From: Antechinus flavipes
Taxonomy: Eukaryota
Direction: 5' to 3'
Assembly: GCF_016432865.1 (NCBI RefSeq)
Contig: NC_067401.1
Span: 11,904,001 to 11,968,000, forward strand
DNA length: 64,000 nt
Positions 35,418-48,099 of the stretch are shown piece by piece. Below the pieces are notes generated by a model, which was not told the DNA's origin, did not search any database, and saw only the letters and a list, made by a program, of their open reading frames with translations. Both the position numbers and the translations under genes were made by a program. Numbering within the stretch: position 1 is the stretch's first letter; every line of letters starts with the position of its first letter.

Positions 35418-36639
35418 TATTTTTAAAAGTCTCCCAATAGGGAGGAGCAAGGAAAGGGCAAAATCCACATTTCTTTCCCTTGAGGAACTGTTGACCACAA
35501 AGATAAGATGGTGGTCTTTTCTTCAGGGTTCCCAGTTGCATAAGCCTAGTGCAGACTGTCTAGCACCTGTCTTGATTGCCAAGGACACACAGGAAGTCCA
35601 GTTCAGGATGCTGTGTCATCTGAGGGAGAGGGGCAGGGCTTTGTCCCCAACACATCCCTGGCCTCCTGCCTGCTCTGGGCCCTGTTTCTGAAAAACAGGG
35701 CAACTCAAAAAGAAATTTCAGGGGACCCTAAACAGCCTTTAACAAGCGCAGACTCCTCCAAAGCAGCAAACTTCTCTCTTCTCTACTTGTCGTCAGAGAG
35801 CCTGGCACATAATAAGTTCATTTCACTAGTTCATAACAATAAGTATGGACCATATGTTTTCTATCCTTTCATAACATTAAGTATGAGCCATATGTTTTCT
35901 ACCCTCTCAGGCATCTAGTGCCATGAATATGGGGATATGACTCTTAGCATGCATCCCATGGTGCTTGGAGTCATGGGAAGACGTTTCCTTGCATTCTAGT
36001 GTAAGAAAACAAGGTTTTGTTTTGACCTTTTGTAGTCCAAGCTCCATTCGGGGAAGGGGTCCTTGGCCATTTGGCAGTGGCTACTTTGTTCAAGTCTTTT
36101 TCTTGTTGGTTGTTTCAGAGAGAAGACTCCCGAAGAGCTTCGTGTGTGACTGCAAAAAGATGGCTCCCTTCTCCTGACCTCATGGGGAAGCACACGGAAG
36201 ATGAAGGATGTGGGCTCTCCCTGTTGCTGGAAACAATGAGATCAGGTGCCTCTTAGAATTTCTATTACACTCTTTATTTTTAGAAAAGTTTTTATTTTAA
36301 ATGTAAATTTAATTTGTACTTTCACCGACAAATACTAGTACTCATATATTTACTAAGGTGATAATGATTATAGTAATAATAATAAGTACTGACAGAGGTT
36401 TAAGGTTTGCAAAATGCTTTATAAACTTCCCATTTAATCCTCAGAATAATCCTGAAAGGAAGGTGCTATTATTATGCCATTGTCCAGATGAGGAAACTGA
36501 GGCAGACAGAGGGTCATGTGACTTGCTCAGGCTCATACAACCAGGTTTAAGCTCGGTCGGGTCTTCCCGACTCCAAGCCCAGCATCTATCCACATAGAAA
36601 CAAGACTCTAAGAAAAGCTGGCGTCTTCACTGCTGCCAG

Positions 36640-37930
36640 CCAGTGGGCAAAGGGCCAGGAAACTGTCCTCGTTCACACACATGGCAGTCACTTCTACTGT
36701 TTACTGAACACCAGCCCCCCCTTTTCCTCCCCAGCCTCAAAAATCCTCCCTTGCTCCAGCCATCCCATTGTCTGCCATCCCACAGCTCTCCCGCCTTTGT
36801 GGCCAGACTCCTGAGGAAGGTCCCCGCACTCCTTCCTCTTCTACCACGCAGCTTCCAGCCTCCCCACTGACCCTGTTCTCTCTCATAAGCTCTTCTTGCC
36901 AAACCCAAAGGCCTTTGCCTGGGGTTCGTCCTCCAGCTCTGTCCCCTCTTATCTCCTTTGCTGGGTCTCATCCAGATCGGCCCCACTAAAGGCGGATCTC
37001 CCCAGAGGCCCACTTTGGGGCCCTCTCCTCTGCCCTCATCAGCTCCTCCGGCTTCAGTTAGCATCTCTCTGCTTCTCCAGCCCAGCTCCCCTCCTGACCT
37101 CCACTCTCTCACCTGTAATTGTCCATTAGACATCCCAAAGTGGACATCTTAACCTTGACCCGTCCCAGATGCCCAGCTTATACCCTGGTCCCTCTCTTTC
37201 CCAGACCAATCAGTGGTTCAAGTTTCTTCTTTCCTCCCTTCTGCCGTTGGGATGGGCCCTCATCTTCCCATCTAGATCATTGCAATCACCTTGATTGATC
37301 TTGATTAATCTGCTTGTCCCAGGCCTTCCCAGGCTACTCCATCCTGGACAAACTATCAAATCAACTTCCCAAAACAAAGGTCTGACCATGTCACCCCCTC
37401 CATTCAATAAACCCCAGCAGCACCCAGTCACTTCCAGAACTGCCTCGGTTTCTTCATCTGGACCATGGAGATAATAACAGCACCCACCTTTCGGGAGTGT
37501 TCTGAGGAGTAAATGGGATATTTGTAAAGCATTTTGCAATAAATGCTCTGTTTGCCATCCAAGCCCTTTGTACCCTGCCCCTGCTTGTATTTCCAAGCTT
37601 CTTGCACCTTCCTCCCCTCTCCTGGCTCTTCCTCCAACAAGATGCTCCTTCTCCTGACTGGACATTTGCTCAGGCTGTCCTCCCTGCCTGGAAAACCCTC
37701 TGCCTCCTGATTTCCTTCAATCCCAGCTAAAACCCGGCCTTCTACAGGAGGCCTTTCCCAGTTGCCCTTATTCCTAGAGCTCCCCTCTGTGGAGCAGCCC
37801 CCATTTATCTAGTCTGCAGCGCTTTTGCTCATCGTCTCCCCCGCTGGAAGCCGGGGCCGACTTTTGCTTCTCTGTATCCTCGTCGCTTAGCACAGTGCCA
37901 GGCACAAAATGGTCCCTTCAGAAATGCCGC
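36640..37930 (+). mobile_element. fragmented LINE-2 with nested MIR
   Basis: C/T-rich L2 pieces through to the 3' end 'gcttagcacagtgccaggcaca'; MIR core at ~37440-37560. Confidence 0.65.
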
Positions 37931-38479
37931 TGGAGGCATTCACCACCGTGCAGAGAAAATGAATTTGCTTTTAACCGTATGATTATTGTGCTCTAGCCTC
38001 TTGCTCTTGGACTTGTCTTTTTTTCTCTGCCTTTCTCTGTCTTTTCCTATTTCTTGGAATTCTTATTAGGGTCTGTTTTAATGGTCATATAATAAAATGA
38101 TCTTCCATGTAATAACAGGGCTTATCCAGCGGGGAGCAGGACAGAGGAGCCGGGACTCCCCCACTGGGCACGATTATTTTCTCGGGTCCCCCTGGTCCAA
38201 TGCCGTCCCAACACCATCATGGCCCAGGGAAGATGGAGCCTGCTTTGCTGGCGAGCTTCCGAACAGGGAACTATTCCATCTCCTTTCCCCTTTTGGGGTT
38301 CAGTCTAGGGACCCCATCCACTGAATCTGCCATGATGGCTGTGTCCCCAGCACAAGACTTTTGATTTCTGGGCAGCCTCTCTGTGCTCCCGGATCCCATG
38401 GTCCGGCCCATTGGCTTCCAGGAAGCTATCGACGGATCCCTGGGATGCTTAGTTAGCTGGTGAAGGTTCATAGTGGACA

Positions 38480-39530
38480 GAGAGCAGGACAGGCAGCCCC
38501 GAGTTCTGAACTGGGCACACCCTGACTGTTCTCAGCCTCAGTTTCCTCATCTGTAAAATGGGGATAATAACAGCACCCACCTCCCATGGTTTTCATAAGG
38601 ACCAAAAGAGGAAGAAGAATTTGAAAAGCCCTTTGCTAATCGTCCGGGGCACAGTCAGTGTTGGATATTATTATTAAATGCAAATTGGACTGAAGCCATG
38701 TGGCAGGTGCCCAATTGTCTTGAATGGCAGAAAGCCAAGATGAAGCACCCGTCACACTTAATGCGACAAGATCAGGGGCTCTCTCATGTTCTCCTCCTGT
38801 GCCAGGAACACCAAGTTCCTCAAGGATGGTTATTATTAGAATTTTAACCCAATTCTCTAGGCTTCTTGCACTTTGTTAAGCCTTTGTTAAGGCTTCTCTA
38901 CAAGGCTCTGTCCCAGTGTTAGAACCAAAAAGAGGGAAAGGTGTTCCTGCCCTCAGGGAGCTTACAGTCCCCTGGGGAATGGGCCCAATATGCTGAAAGT
39001 GAGATCATTTGAAGGAGGACTGAGCACCAATAACTAGCAGGATCCCAAAGAGCTTCCTGGAGGAGGTGGCCCCTATGCTGAGCTTGGAACAGGCAGAGGG
39101 GAGAAAAGGGTGTTTTCTGGGCATGGGAGGGGAAGGAGAGGGTAAAATCTGTCCTAAGGCCTGGGGGTAGGAAATGGGAGTGCAGGATCAGGGATGAGAA
39201 GGAAGGTGATGCAGAATCCTTGAGAGCACAGACTGTTCCTGCCTTTGTAGTTATGTCTTCAGTGTCTAGCACAGTCAGTGCCTGACACACAGTAGGTGCC
39301 TCATAAAGGCCCAATGACTGATTAAAATGTAAATGGCAGGTTGAGTAGCCTACATTTTGTCCTGGACGGACTCGGGAGCACCCGGAAAGGAGGACAGAGC
39401 CTGGTGCACAGTAGGCACTTCATAAATGACTGTTGATTCATTGATATAATGTGAGATCACCGAGAGCTTTTTTGGCTTCATATCCCAAGATAGCCCAGTC
39501 TTTAGCATGTAGTAGGCACTTCATAAATGC
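38480..39530. mobile_element. MIR and several L2 3'-end fragments
   Basis: 'cctcagtttcctcatctgtaaaatggggataataacagcacc' (MIR) and repeated 'gcacagtaggcacttcataaatg' L2 tails. Confidence 0.6.
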
Positions 39531-41638
39531 TTGGGGCTTGCTTGCTTGAACGAATCTGTGCTTTAGGAAGATGGATTGGCTAGGGCAGAACCTGGAAGCA
39601 GAGATCCCCGAAGGCGAAGCTCCCATCATGGCCTTCCCGCCTTTGTCTCTAGCGGTCCCTTTATGTCCACGCCACTCTTGCTGTCCCTTCTATGTCCGTC
39701 GGCCTGTCTTCCCCTCCACTGGTTCTCCAGGGTCCAGGCTATATGGGCTACCTCTTCCATGAGGTCTTCCCTGAGTAACCAGATGCAGCAGAGCCTTTTT
39801 CCAGGCCTCTTGGGAGGCCTCCTGGGCACCCCAACCTCAGTATTTGGCTCAATTATCTATGATTTTGTGGGACTGCGGCCTTCCTCCAGCCAAACCTAGC
39901 ACAGGAGGTGGGCTTTCTAGTTTCTCCCCTCAGGCCGGACCCCCCGCTCTGTCCTTCAGTGACGGACACATGACAGGGCTCCTACCTGAACTTTTCCTCT
40001 ACTTCTAGCTGTTGAGGTTAAACAGGGTCACCCGGTACCACAATGAGGTCTGGGAGCCGGTCCTCTATTCTTCCTTGCTTCCTTTCTTTCCTTTTTCTTC
40101 TTCCTTTCATTCATTCTTTCTTTTTAAAAACTTTATTTAGTATACTCTAATTTACTGTTTGTAAACTAACTGAAATGTAACCAAGTTAAGGTTAGGGTTA
40201 GGGCAAGGACTGTTCTCTAGTGTCTCTAGTGTCTAGTGCAGCTTCCTTCACGGGATCCAAGTGAGCCTTTTAAGTTGGTTAAACACATTGCTTTGTGCAG
40301 TGCTTTTCCTTCATCATTCCTGGCCATTATTGCCAGCTAGAAATAACAATTTTCCTGCCTCAGGTACGGTGACCACCCAACCAGAGATAAGTCACTCACA
40401 CTCTCAGGGCCCCCCCTCAATTCTCTGAGATGGAGGAGCCGAGCATCTGCAAGGAGGGAGTTTCCTCACCTGGGAGTGCCACTGAAATTCTAGGTCCTGC
40501 CTTTAAAATGACGTATGAGGCAGGAAGTACCAGTTCTATTAGCTCCCTTCTACAGATGAGAATTTGGCTGCGTAAGGATGAGTCAGGATTTGAACCCAGT
40601 TCTTCTGAAAGCAGGGCCTTCCTCTTTCCACACAGCACGGTCTTTCTTTTGGAGTATTTGCCCAAACCTAAGTTAAGTTGGTCTTCTTGCAGATGGGCCT
40701 GACATCCTGAGGGATCTGCTCTAGGCTAGAGCAGTTTGATTCAGACCTCCTCAGAATTAACCAAGCGATGGCTTTCGTTGAGTTAAAACAAAAATACTTT
40801 AGGGCTTGGCTAGTTTTTTGAAGTCTCGGGTCTTTAGCTCCTCCAAGTGCTTTGGGAGGTCTGGGATGGAACTTTTCTGCTTTGGAGAAGCTCCTTGCAC
40901 ACAGTCCATGTGAGCCTTCCCTGAGCTCCCAGGCCAAAGGCCGCATGCTGGAAGGAGGCCAGCAGTGAGGCCTTGGGAAGAGCCGCTGCTGAGCCTCCTG
41001 GTCCCAGCGATGGAGACTGGCAATCTGTGGACGTTCGTGTTCTTCCTCGGATAATGAGAGTACCCAGCTGCAGCAGAGGGCACCCGCTCATTTAGATCAA
41101 AATAGAAAGGAAATGGAAAGTTTTAGGGAAACTAAATTGTATTTTTGGAGCTAATTCAGGTAATACAAATACAAACACAAAGGAAAACTCTCTGCCTTCT
41201 GGGAGCTTATATTCTAATGAAAGAGACCCATAAAGTCAGTCTTGGGGCCCTTCTCAATCTGTGGTCCTGTGGACATTTAGGGTTAGGCTTAGGGTTACCA
41301 CAGAGGGGCCAGATTTGGGAGGGCCCTGGCTCCATCTTCCTTAAGAGAAGTAGCCCTGTTCTTCCTTAGGGGTTTGCCTCTTTTCCCCTTGAGTTTGTGG
41401 GCACGACCTGTGGGGGCTCATCTGTGTTGACAGCTTGAGCCATAAGGGAAATTGGAACAATAATAGTTGATGTCCAGTGGCAAAGGGAAATTGGGAGAAG
41501 GGACACACCATCGAAAAGAGTAGGAAGGACATTCTCAAGGTCTTTATTTTGTAAATATCCCCAAATTCCATTAAAAGGAAAAAAAAAAGGCAAAAGATCC
41601 ACGTGAAAAAATAAAAGGAGGCATGAAATGTCAATTAT

Positions 41639-41954
41639 NNNNNNNNNNNNNNNNNNNNNNNNNNNNNNNNNNNNNNNNNNNNNNNNNNNNNNNNNNNNNN
41701 NNNNNNNNNNNNNNNNNNNNNNNNNNNNNNNNNNNNNNNNNNNNNNNNNNNNNNNNNNNNNNNNNNNNNNNNNNNNNNNNNNNNNNNNNNNNNNNNNNNN
41801 NNNNNNNNNNNNNNNNNNNNNNNNNNNNNNNNNNNNNNNNNNNNNNNNNNNNNNNNNNNNNNNNNNNNNNNNNNNNNNNNNNNNNNNNNNNNNNNNNNNN
41901 NNNNNNNNNNNNNNNNNNNNNNNNNNNNNNNNNNNNNNNNNNNNNNNNNNNNNN
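41639..41954. other. assembly gap (316 N)
   Basis: Run of N. Confidence 1.
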
Positions 41955-44900
41955 TTTTCAATACCCCAGCCATGGCTTCCATCCAAAAATAGATGTTAGA
42001 GAAAGGGACATTTGGGGGAAGTTGGGTATTTTATTAATTTAGAGACCCATTTACTTTTGAATGGATTAGTGCATTAGCCATCTTCCTGAAAAGGAAGACA
42101 CAGCCCTAAGCGCTTAAGGATTTTCAATCGCTTGTAACTAAGCACTCTCTGTTCCCTAGCTGACAAGCCAAGCCGGCTTATTCTCTTTAATAAAAACATT
42201 GGCTAAGTCAACTTTGTTAACAAGTAGAAGTTTTCTTCACAGTCCCCAGGGTTTCAAAATCTTGGAGAAGTGTTCAGGGAGGGGTTATTGGGAGTTTTTG
42301 TTTTTTTTTTTTTTTTTTTTTTTAATCACAAGGATCATTCAGTCAACAAGCATTTATTGAGGGCCTGTTATATGACAAGCCCGGCCTTAGCCTTCCAAGA
42401 ACCACTAAGACGAACAGTTCCTGTCCTCAGAGAGCTTCGCTTGGAATTGCCGGGTGAGACATGTACATGGAGAGCTATCTGCAAAATAAATTAGGACAGA
42501 GGGACATTGGAGGGGAGGGGGGCTTCTAAAAAATTCCAAGACGAGGAGGGAGGGCATTCTGGCCTTGGTACAAAAGGCCAGTTGTGAGAGATTGCAAACA
42601 TTTATTAAGCACTTACTGTGTGCTGAGAATATAAATAGTGAAAGAAAGGCAGTCCTGTCCTCAAGAAGCTTACATTCTAATGGGGGAAGGTGATACATAA
42701 AAGAGGGTTGTCCGGTGGTAGGTGAGACTGTCTAGGAAAGTCAGAAACTTGGACAAGACTAGCCTGTGACCTCCTGAAATGCAGGGTGTGAGAGGAGCCA
42801 TCCAGTCCTAGGAAGAGGGTCCTGTGGATTCCGGGGCAGGAGGGGGCCCCTCTTGGGGCCTGGGAGATAAGGTCTGGAGAGTAATGAGTAGGAGGTGGTT
42901 CCCCTATGTGCTGAAGAGTTAGAAGGCTGCTTTGGATGGACCTGAGGGGAGAGCAGGAAAGAATGAAAAAAAGTTTGCTAAGTGCTTATTATTAAAATCT
43001 GGGAGTATAAACAGAAAAGCTCCACAGTTGTTTTCAAGCTCTCTTTTCTAATTAGGGAAGACAACACCTTTACTGTAGGCAAATTCTGATGCAGAGCTAT
43101 GCAAATGTCCCAGGACTTCAGTGTTGGGCTGATGGGGACCCTTAGGGTGCTTCTGCCATGCAGGGAAGAGGGGAAGGGGCTGAGGTTCTGAGGACCCTGC
43201 TGGGCAACCAGGACTGGTCTCCCTATGGGCTCTGGGGTTGCCTGGGGGAGGGGCCGTGAAAGGGAATAATGTGGAATAAATCATAAGGTCAAGTTGACAA
43301 GGGATAAAGTTAACCCTAGAGGTAATAGGGAGGCGTGGTTAAAATGCCAAGAATATTAGTTGATAATATTTGTTTTTCATTCTTGGTTCAAAGTTCAGGA
43401 TTTTCTTAAGCACTTCCTTAACATAGGGAGGTTTTGACTTTGGGCTTATTTTGTTTTATTTTTAATTTATTTCTTTGTTTGTTTATTACTTTTCAGTGAA
43501 ACGAGCTCAGCTGGCTGGCTTGTTTTCCCCCTTAAAGACAAAGGGAATCTTTTCAGTCTGTGAAATACTTTCTTGGTTTCCTTGATCATTATTCCTTTCT
43601 TACTTATAGGAGCCAGTGGACTGTGTCCTCCCTGATCTGGCTGTTCTCTTCCATGCTGTAGATCGTAGCCCACGTGTATCTGCTGCTCATCTCTGTGTCT
43701 TTTGTCCATGGCCTCCCATGAGTTCCACACCCAGAATCCAGCAGGGGCCCTTCTTTGCTTTCCGGTGACATCCCAGGGAAACCTGGGGCTGTCCACTCTG
43801 TCATCCCTCATCCTTGCCTCAGCCCATAAAACAGAGAATCCTTTTCTTAAAGACTCAGTTAATCTCAAAGCAAGCAAAGTCTGGACTATTTTTTTGTAGT
43901 GGGGGCTCTAGGCTTGCTTTTGCTTTGGGCTCCCAAGGCCGTAGTTCACAGGATCCCAGATGGATCTTATCATCTCCCTCCTTTTACACTTCCCACCGGC
44001 TATGAGACCTCTTGCTACCTCTTACATCAGTAGAACGAGTGTCCAGAGGGCAGCTGAGCACTTGTCCTCTCAGGGTTTCTAGTTGGGTCACTTAAAAGTC
44101 CAAGTATTCTTCCCTTTGATAATCAGCCTTAATTAGCTTTGGTGAAGTGTATTTATTTCAAAGCAACAGTTATAGTTACAACCACCGCCTTTTACTTCCA
44201 AAGTCTGGGACACTCTTACATGGTGGGAAACATTAGATGCCTCTGAATCACCCGTGTAGAGGGCACACATGGCTGAAAGGGCATTCACTAGTCTTGGCCA
44301 CTAGAGCTCTCTCCCTCTGAGGAGCCCTCGGGGATTTCCCTTTACGTGTACCCAGGTCTCTTACTGAGGTCTGAGGGTTTGGGCCACTGTAGAGTCCCAG
44401 GCTCTAGAGTCGCATTTCAGGCGGCAGTCTAAATGCATCTGTGCTGTTCAGTGTCCCACCTCAGTGAGTTTCCCTCTGATCCAGCTGGATCCATGGTCTC
44501 CTACTGGACCAACTTCTCCAATGACAAAGTCAAAGGGGGGAGGGGGGAGTAAGCCAAACCCCCCACAAAACCATCTCTTTCCTCTTCTCCCCAGAGATTC
44601 TCTTCTCTGTGAGAATTAGAATCCTCCACAGTAGAGGCCTTCCACTGGTAGATTAAACCCCCTGATTATCAGATTGCCAAATGCAGGTTAGAATAAAGGT
44701 GTTCACAAGGTGTAGACCATCTTGTTTACACACGTTTAGAACCTGATCTGCCATTGATTGATTGGATTAGGGTTAGGGTTAGAGAGATGAAGGGACTTGT
44801 ACAGGACTGCACAGGAAACAGTGACAAGTTTTTGAAAATACACTGGCAAGATCCTTCTTGTTCTGGCCACTGTTTCTATAGCATTTGCTGTACACACATC

Positions 44901-46819
44901 TCAGTGTCATGAACCCTCGTTTCCTAATAATCCTGGGAAATGGTTCCTTATGGCTCTAGAACATAAGACTCGCTCAGACATGAGCCGGATGCGTCTGTCA
45001 GGGCAGACTGGGCAGGAACGGCCTTCCTGACTTCAAGGCTGACCTTTGCCCACTCCGCCATGTCTGCTGTCCTCCTAATGCCTGACGTTCATAGCTTCTC
45101 TAGATGACAGACTCCTCCCAAGAGGAGTCTTTCAGCTTTCACAGTCTTGGTAGGAATGTCTCTCTTCCTAGCAGAGACTTTTGCCCGTCTAGCTGACGGT
45201 CGTCTCCTTCTAGCACTGAGTGAGAGGAGGGAAAGGGTTAGTAGCCAGCTGCAGCCTCCACGGCCCTGGAGTGGGACAGTTCCCGTGGCACACTGTGTCC
45301 ATTGTGGGGTGAGCTACAGGGCCCTGGACAGAGTCCTAAAGGGGGTGTCCAGGAATACCAAAGCCTGAGCTGGTATGTGAGGATGGGGCAGGGGAAGGAG
45401 CGTGGTGAGAGAGGAACCAAGAGGGGCCACAGAAGCCGGCCCGGAGGCCCCTGAAACTGTCCGAGTCCAGCTTGCCTTTACCAAGACTTGGGACTCAGGA
45501 ACCAGGGAGGCGCGCCATGTGGCAGCACCCCCGACCCCCACAGTACAGGGGAGGATTCCGGAGCCCCAGAGTAATGGGGTGCAGCCTCTACTAATCAGCA
45601 GCGGTCAGAAGCTCCTCTTGTCACCATGAAAAGCCCTTAGGGAGGAAGATTCCGGTCCAGGGCCCAGCTGATCACAACTGTTTCTTAATGACCACACCCC
45701 CACCAGGAAGTGGCTGTGTTCATGTCAACCCTGCTCCTTCCAGGTAGGGTCTGACCGGGGTAATCTGATCATTCTGTCTGATCCTCCCCACATCCTGAGC
45801 ATGCTGGGTAGTTCTGGCCTGGGGAAAGCAATGAACTGTGCGCTCCTGAGGGCTCCTGGGAGCCTCGGAAGGAAGGAGCCATTTCCCCAATGGGTTCACA
45901 CCCTGACACTGCTCCAGGGAAAAGAAACCTGGTCCTTTCTATTACTTGTGTGACCTGGAACCTCAGTTTCCTCTTCCGTTCAATGAGGAGATTGGACTCG
46001 GCTGCTTAGATTCCTACCAACTCTAGTGCTGGGATCCTTAAGTTCCCTGAGTGTAAGTGTCTCTAGTGGGAGCTTGCTGGCCAGCACTTGTGTGCCAGAG
46101 GCGGTGGGGGGGTGGGGGGTCTGGGAAGAGCTTTTTGGAGGTAACGATTACTAGGAAACAGGGCCCCCACCCAGACTTGTGTCTGAGAACATGGTCGGGT
46201 CTGCAGCCCATCTCCGGGGCTGAGGAAGAGCAGGGACATAGACTTGACTGGTTAGGGCTTATTTTGGGACGGGAGGGGTTCCCTAATCGCCTGTGGTCCT
46301 CTTTGAACAATGGGATTTGGGGGGGGAAGGGGAGGAGTGTTTTTAATTAGGCCAGACACTCCCTCTTTTTGTTCAGAACAAATGAAATCTCCTGAGGAAG
46401 CGAACTCTGACAGTTCATGGCAGATGCAGCCTTCTCCCAGGCTGACTTGTCCTGAGACATTTTAGCAGACAGGACAGGAAATGCCGCCTGCCTGACTTGG
46501 GGTCACCTGCTCTTACCGACCTGGATTCACCCACTCTTACCACTCTGCTCCCACCAAGCTTGCTAGCCAGCCCCATGTTCCCCTATAGTGCCAAATTTCC
46601 TTCTAGACTCGGCTCTGGCAGCACTGGGGCTCTCTCCTGCCCTTCCCTCCCCTCCTCTCCCTCTGCTGCTCCCTAGTTACCTTTTATAAACACTTACGGG
46701 CCAAATGGATAGGCGACCAGTCTTGGATATTTACTAAGTTTGTGACTGAGAGGAAGTCCTATGCCTAAAATAGGAATAAGAATGTCACCTGGATGGGGAG
46801 AAGTTGAATTTTCCCCTTA

Positions 46820-47195
46820 TTTTATTTATTTATCTATCTATCCATTTATTTATTTGTTTATTATTAAAGCTTTTTCTTTCAAACCATATGCACAGATAAT
46901 TTTCCAACACTGACCTTTGCATAGCCTTGTGTTCCAAGTTTTCCCCCTTTTCCCCAACCCCCTCCCCCAGATGGCAAGCAATCCAATATATGTCAACATG
47001 TATACAATGTTCTTGCTGCCCAAGAAAGATCAGATCAAAAAGGAAAGAACGAGTGAGAAAACAAAATGCGAACGAGCAACAAAAAGAGTGAGAATGCTCT
47101 GTTGTGCTCCTGCTCGGTTCCCTCCGTCCTCTCCCTGGGGGTGGATGGATGGCTCTCTTCATCACAAGATCATCGGAACTGGTCTCAACCTTGAT
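46820..47195 (-). mobile_element. LINE-1 3' end
   Basis: (TTTA)-type tail followed by antisense L1 3'UTR ('ccagatggcaagcaatccaatatatgtc'). Confidence 0.8.
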
Positions 47196-48099
47196 GCAAT
47201 ATTAGTACTGCACTTCCCAAAGCCTGAAGCTCCAAGCAAATGCTCAGTATTATTACTCTGTGTATTCCTTTATGCACGTACTGCTCGTCTCTTTACAATA
47301 CTAGTTTCTTGAGGTAAGAGTTTGTTTTTGCTTTTTCTTCTGGATTCCCCGGGGCTTAGTAATTGAGGCCCTTTACCCAAGGAAGAAAATGACTTTAAAA
47401 TAGGCATGGCTTTTCCAATGTCTCTTTGATTTAAATTCACGTGGGACTAAGGTCCTTTCCGACCGGAATTCTGGGATCTTCTTCTCTCAGAGGGAAATCA
47501 GCTAGACGACTTTGGGTCGACTTTGTCGGACTAGGGCTACTAGAAACTGGCAGAAGGTTCTAATGGGGAGGGGGTGGGGGGCGGATGTTCCTGCAGGGGA
47601 AAGAGCCAAAGGCTGGGATGTTGCCTTTGTCACAAGTGTGACTGAGCTAGTCCCCGAACCTCCCAGGGGCCTCGTTCCTCAGAAGAGGGGATCGGACTAG
47701 GTGGCTCTTTCCAGCTCCAGATCTGGATGCTCTCGTTTCTCTGTGGCTCAGTTTCCCCATCTGTAAAACCAGGGATCGTCCTGGCATAATGGGAGTAAAT
47801 GCTGCCTGAAGTCGAAGGGTCTGGCTCCCAAGCTCCCTTTGGGGCCGACTCCCTGCGTGGACGAGGGCAGGGCCCTTTGCTTTCTTGGGCCTCAGTCTCC
47901 TCTGTAAATGTGGGGGGCCGTCCCACGTGACCTCGGAGCCCCTTGCCGCTGAATCGAGGAGGTTCTAGAGAGCTAGTCCTGGAGATACAGCCCAGAGGGT
48001 GGCTAGCATCGATCTGTCTGCCCCAGCCAACTTAGATCTCTCGCTGCCTGATTCAGCAATGGTAACAAACGCCAACGCGATCACCCCCCTCCCCGCCCC

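Noticed and set aside
41366-42042. ORFs spanning the N gap
   Set aside because: Artefacts of translating N as X.
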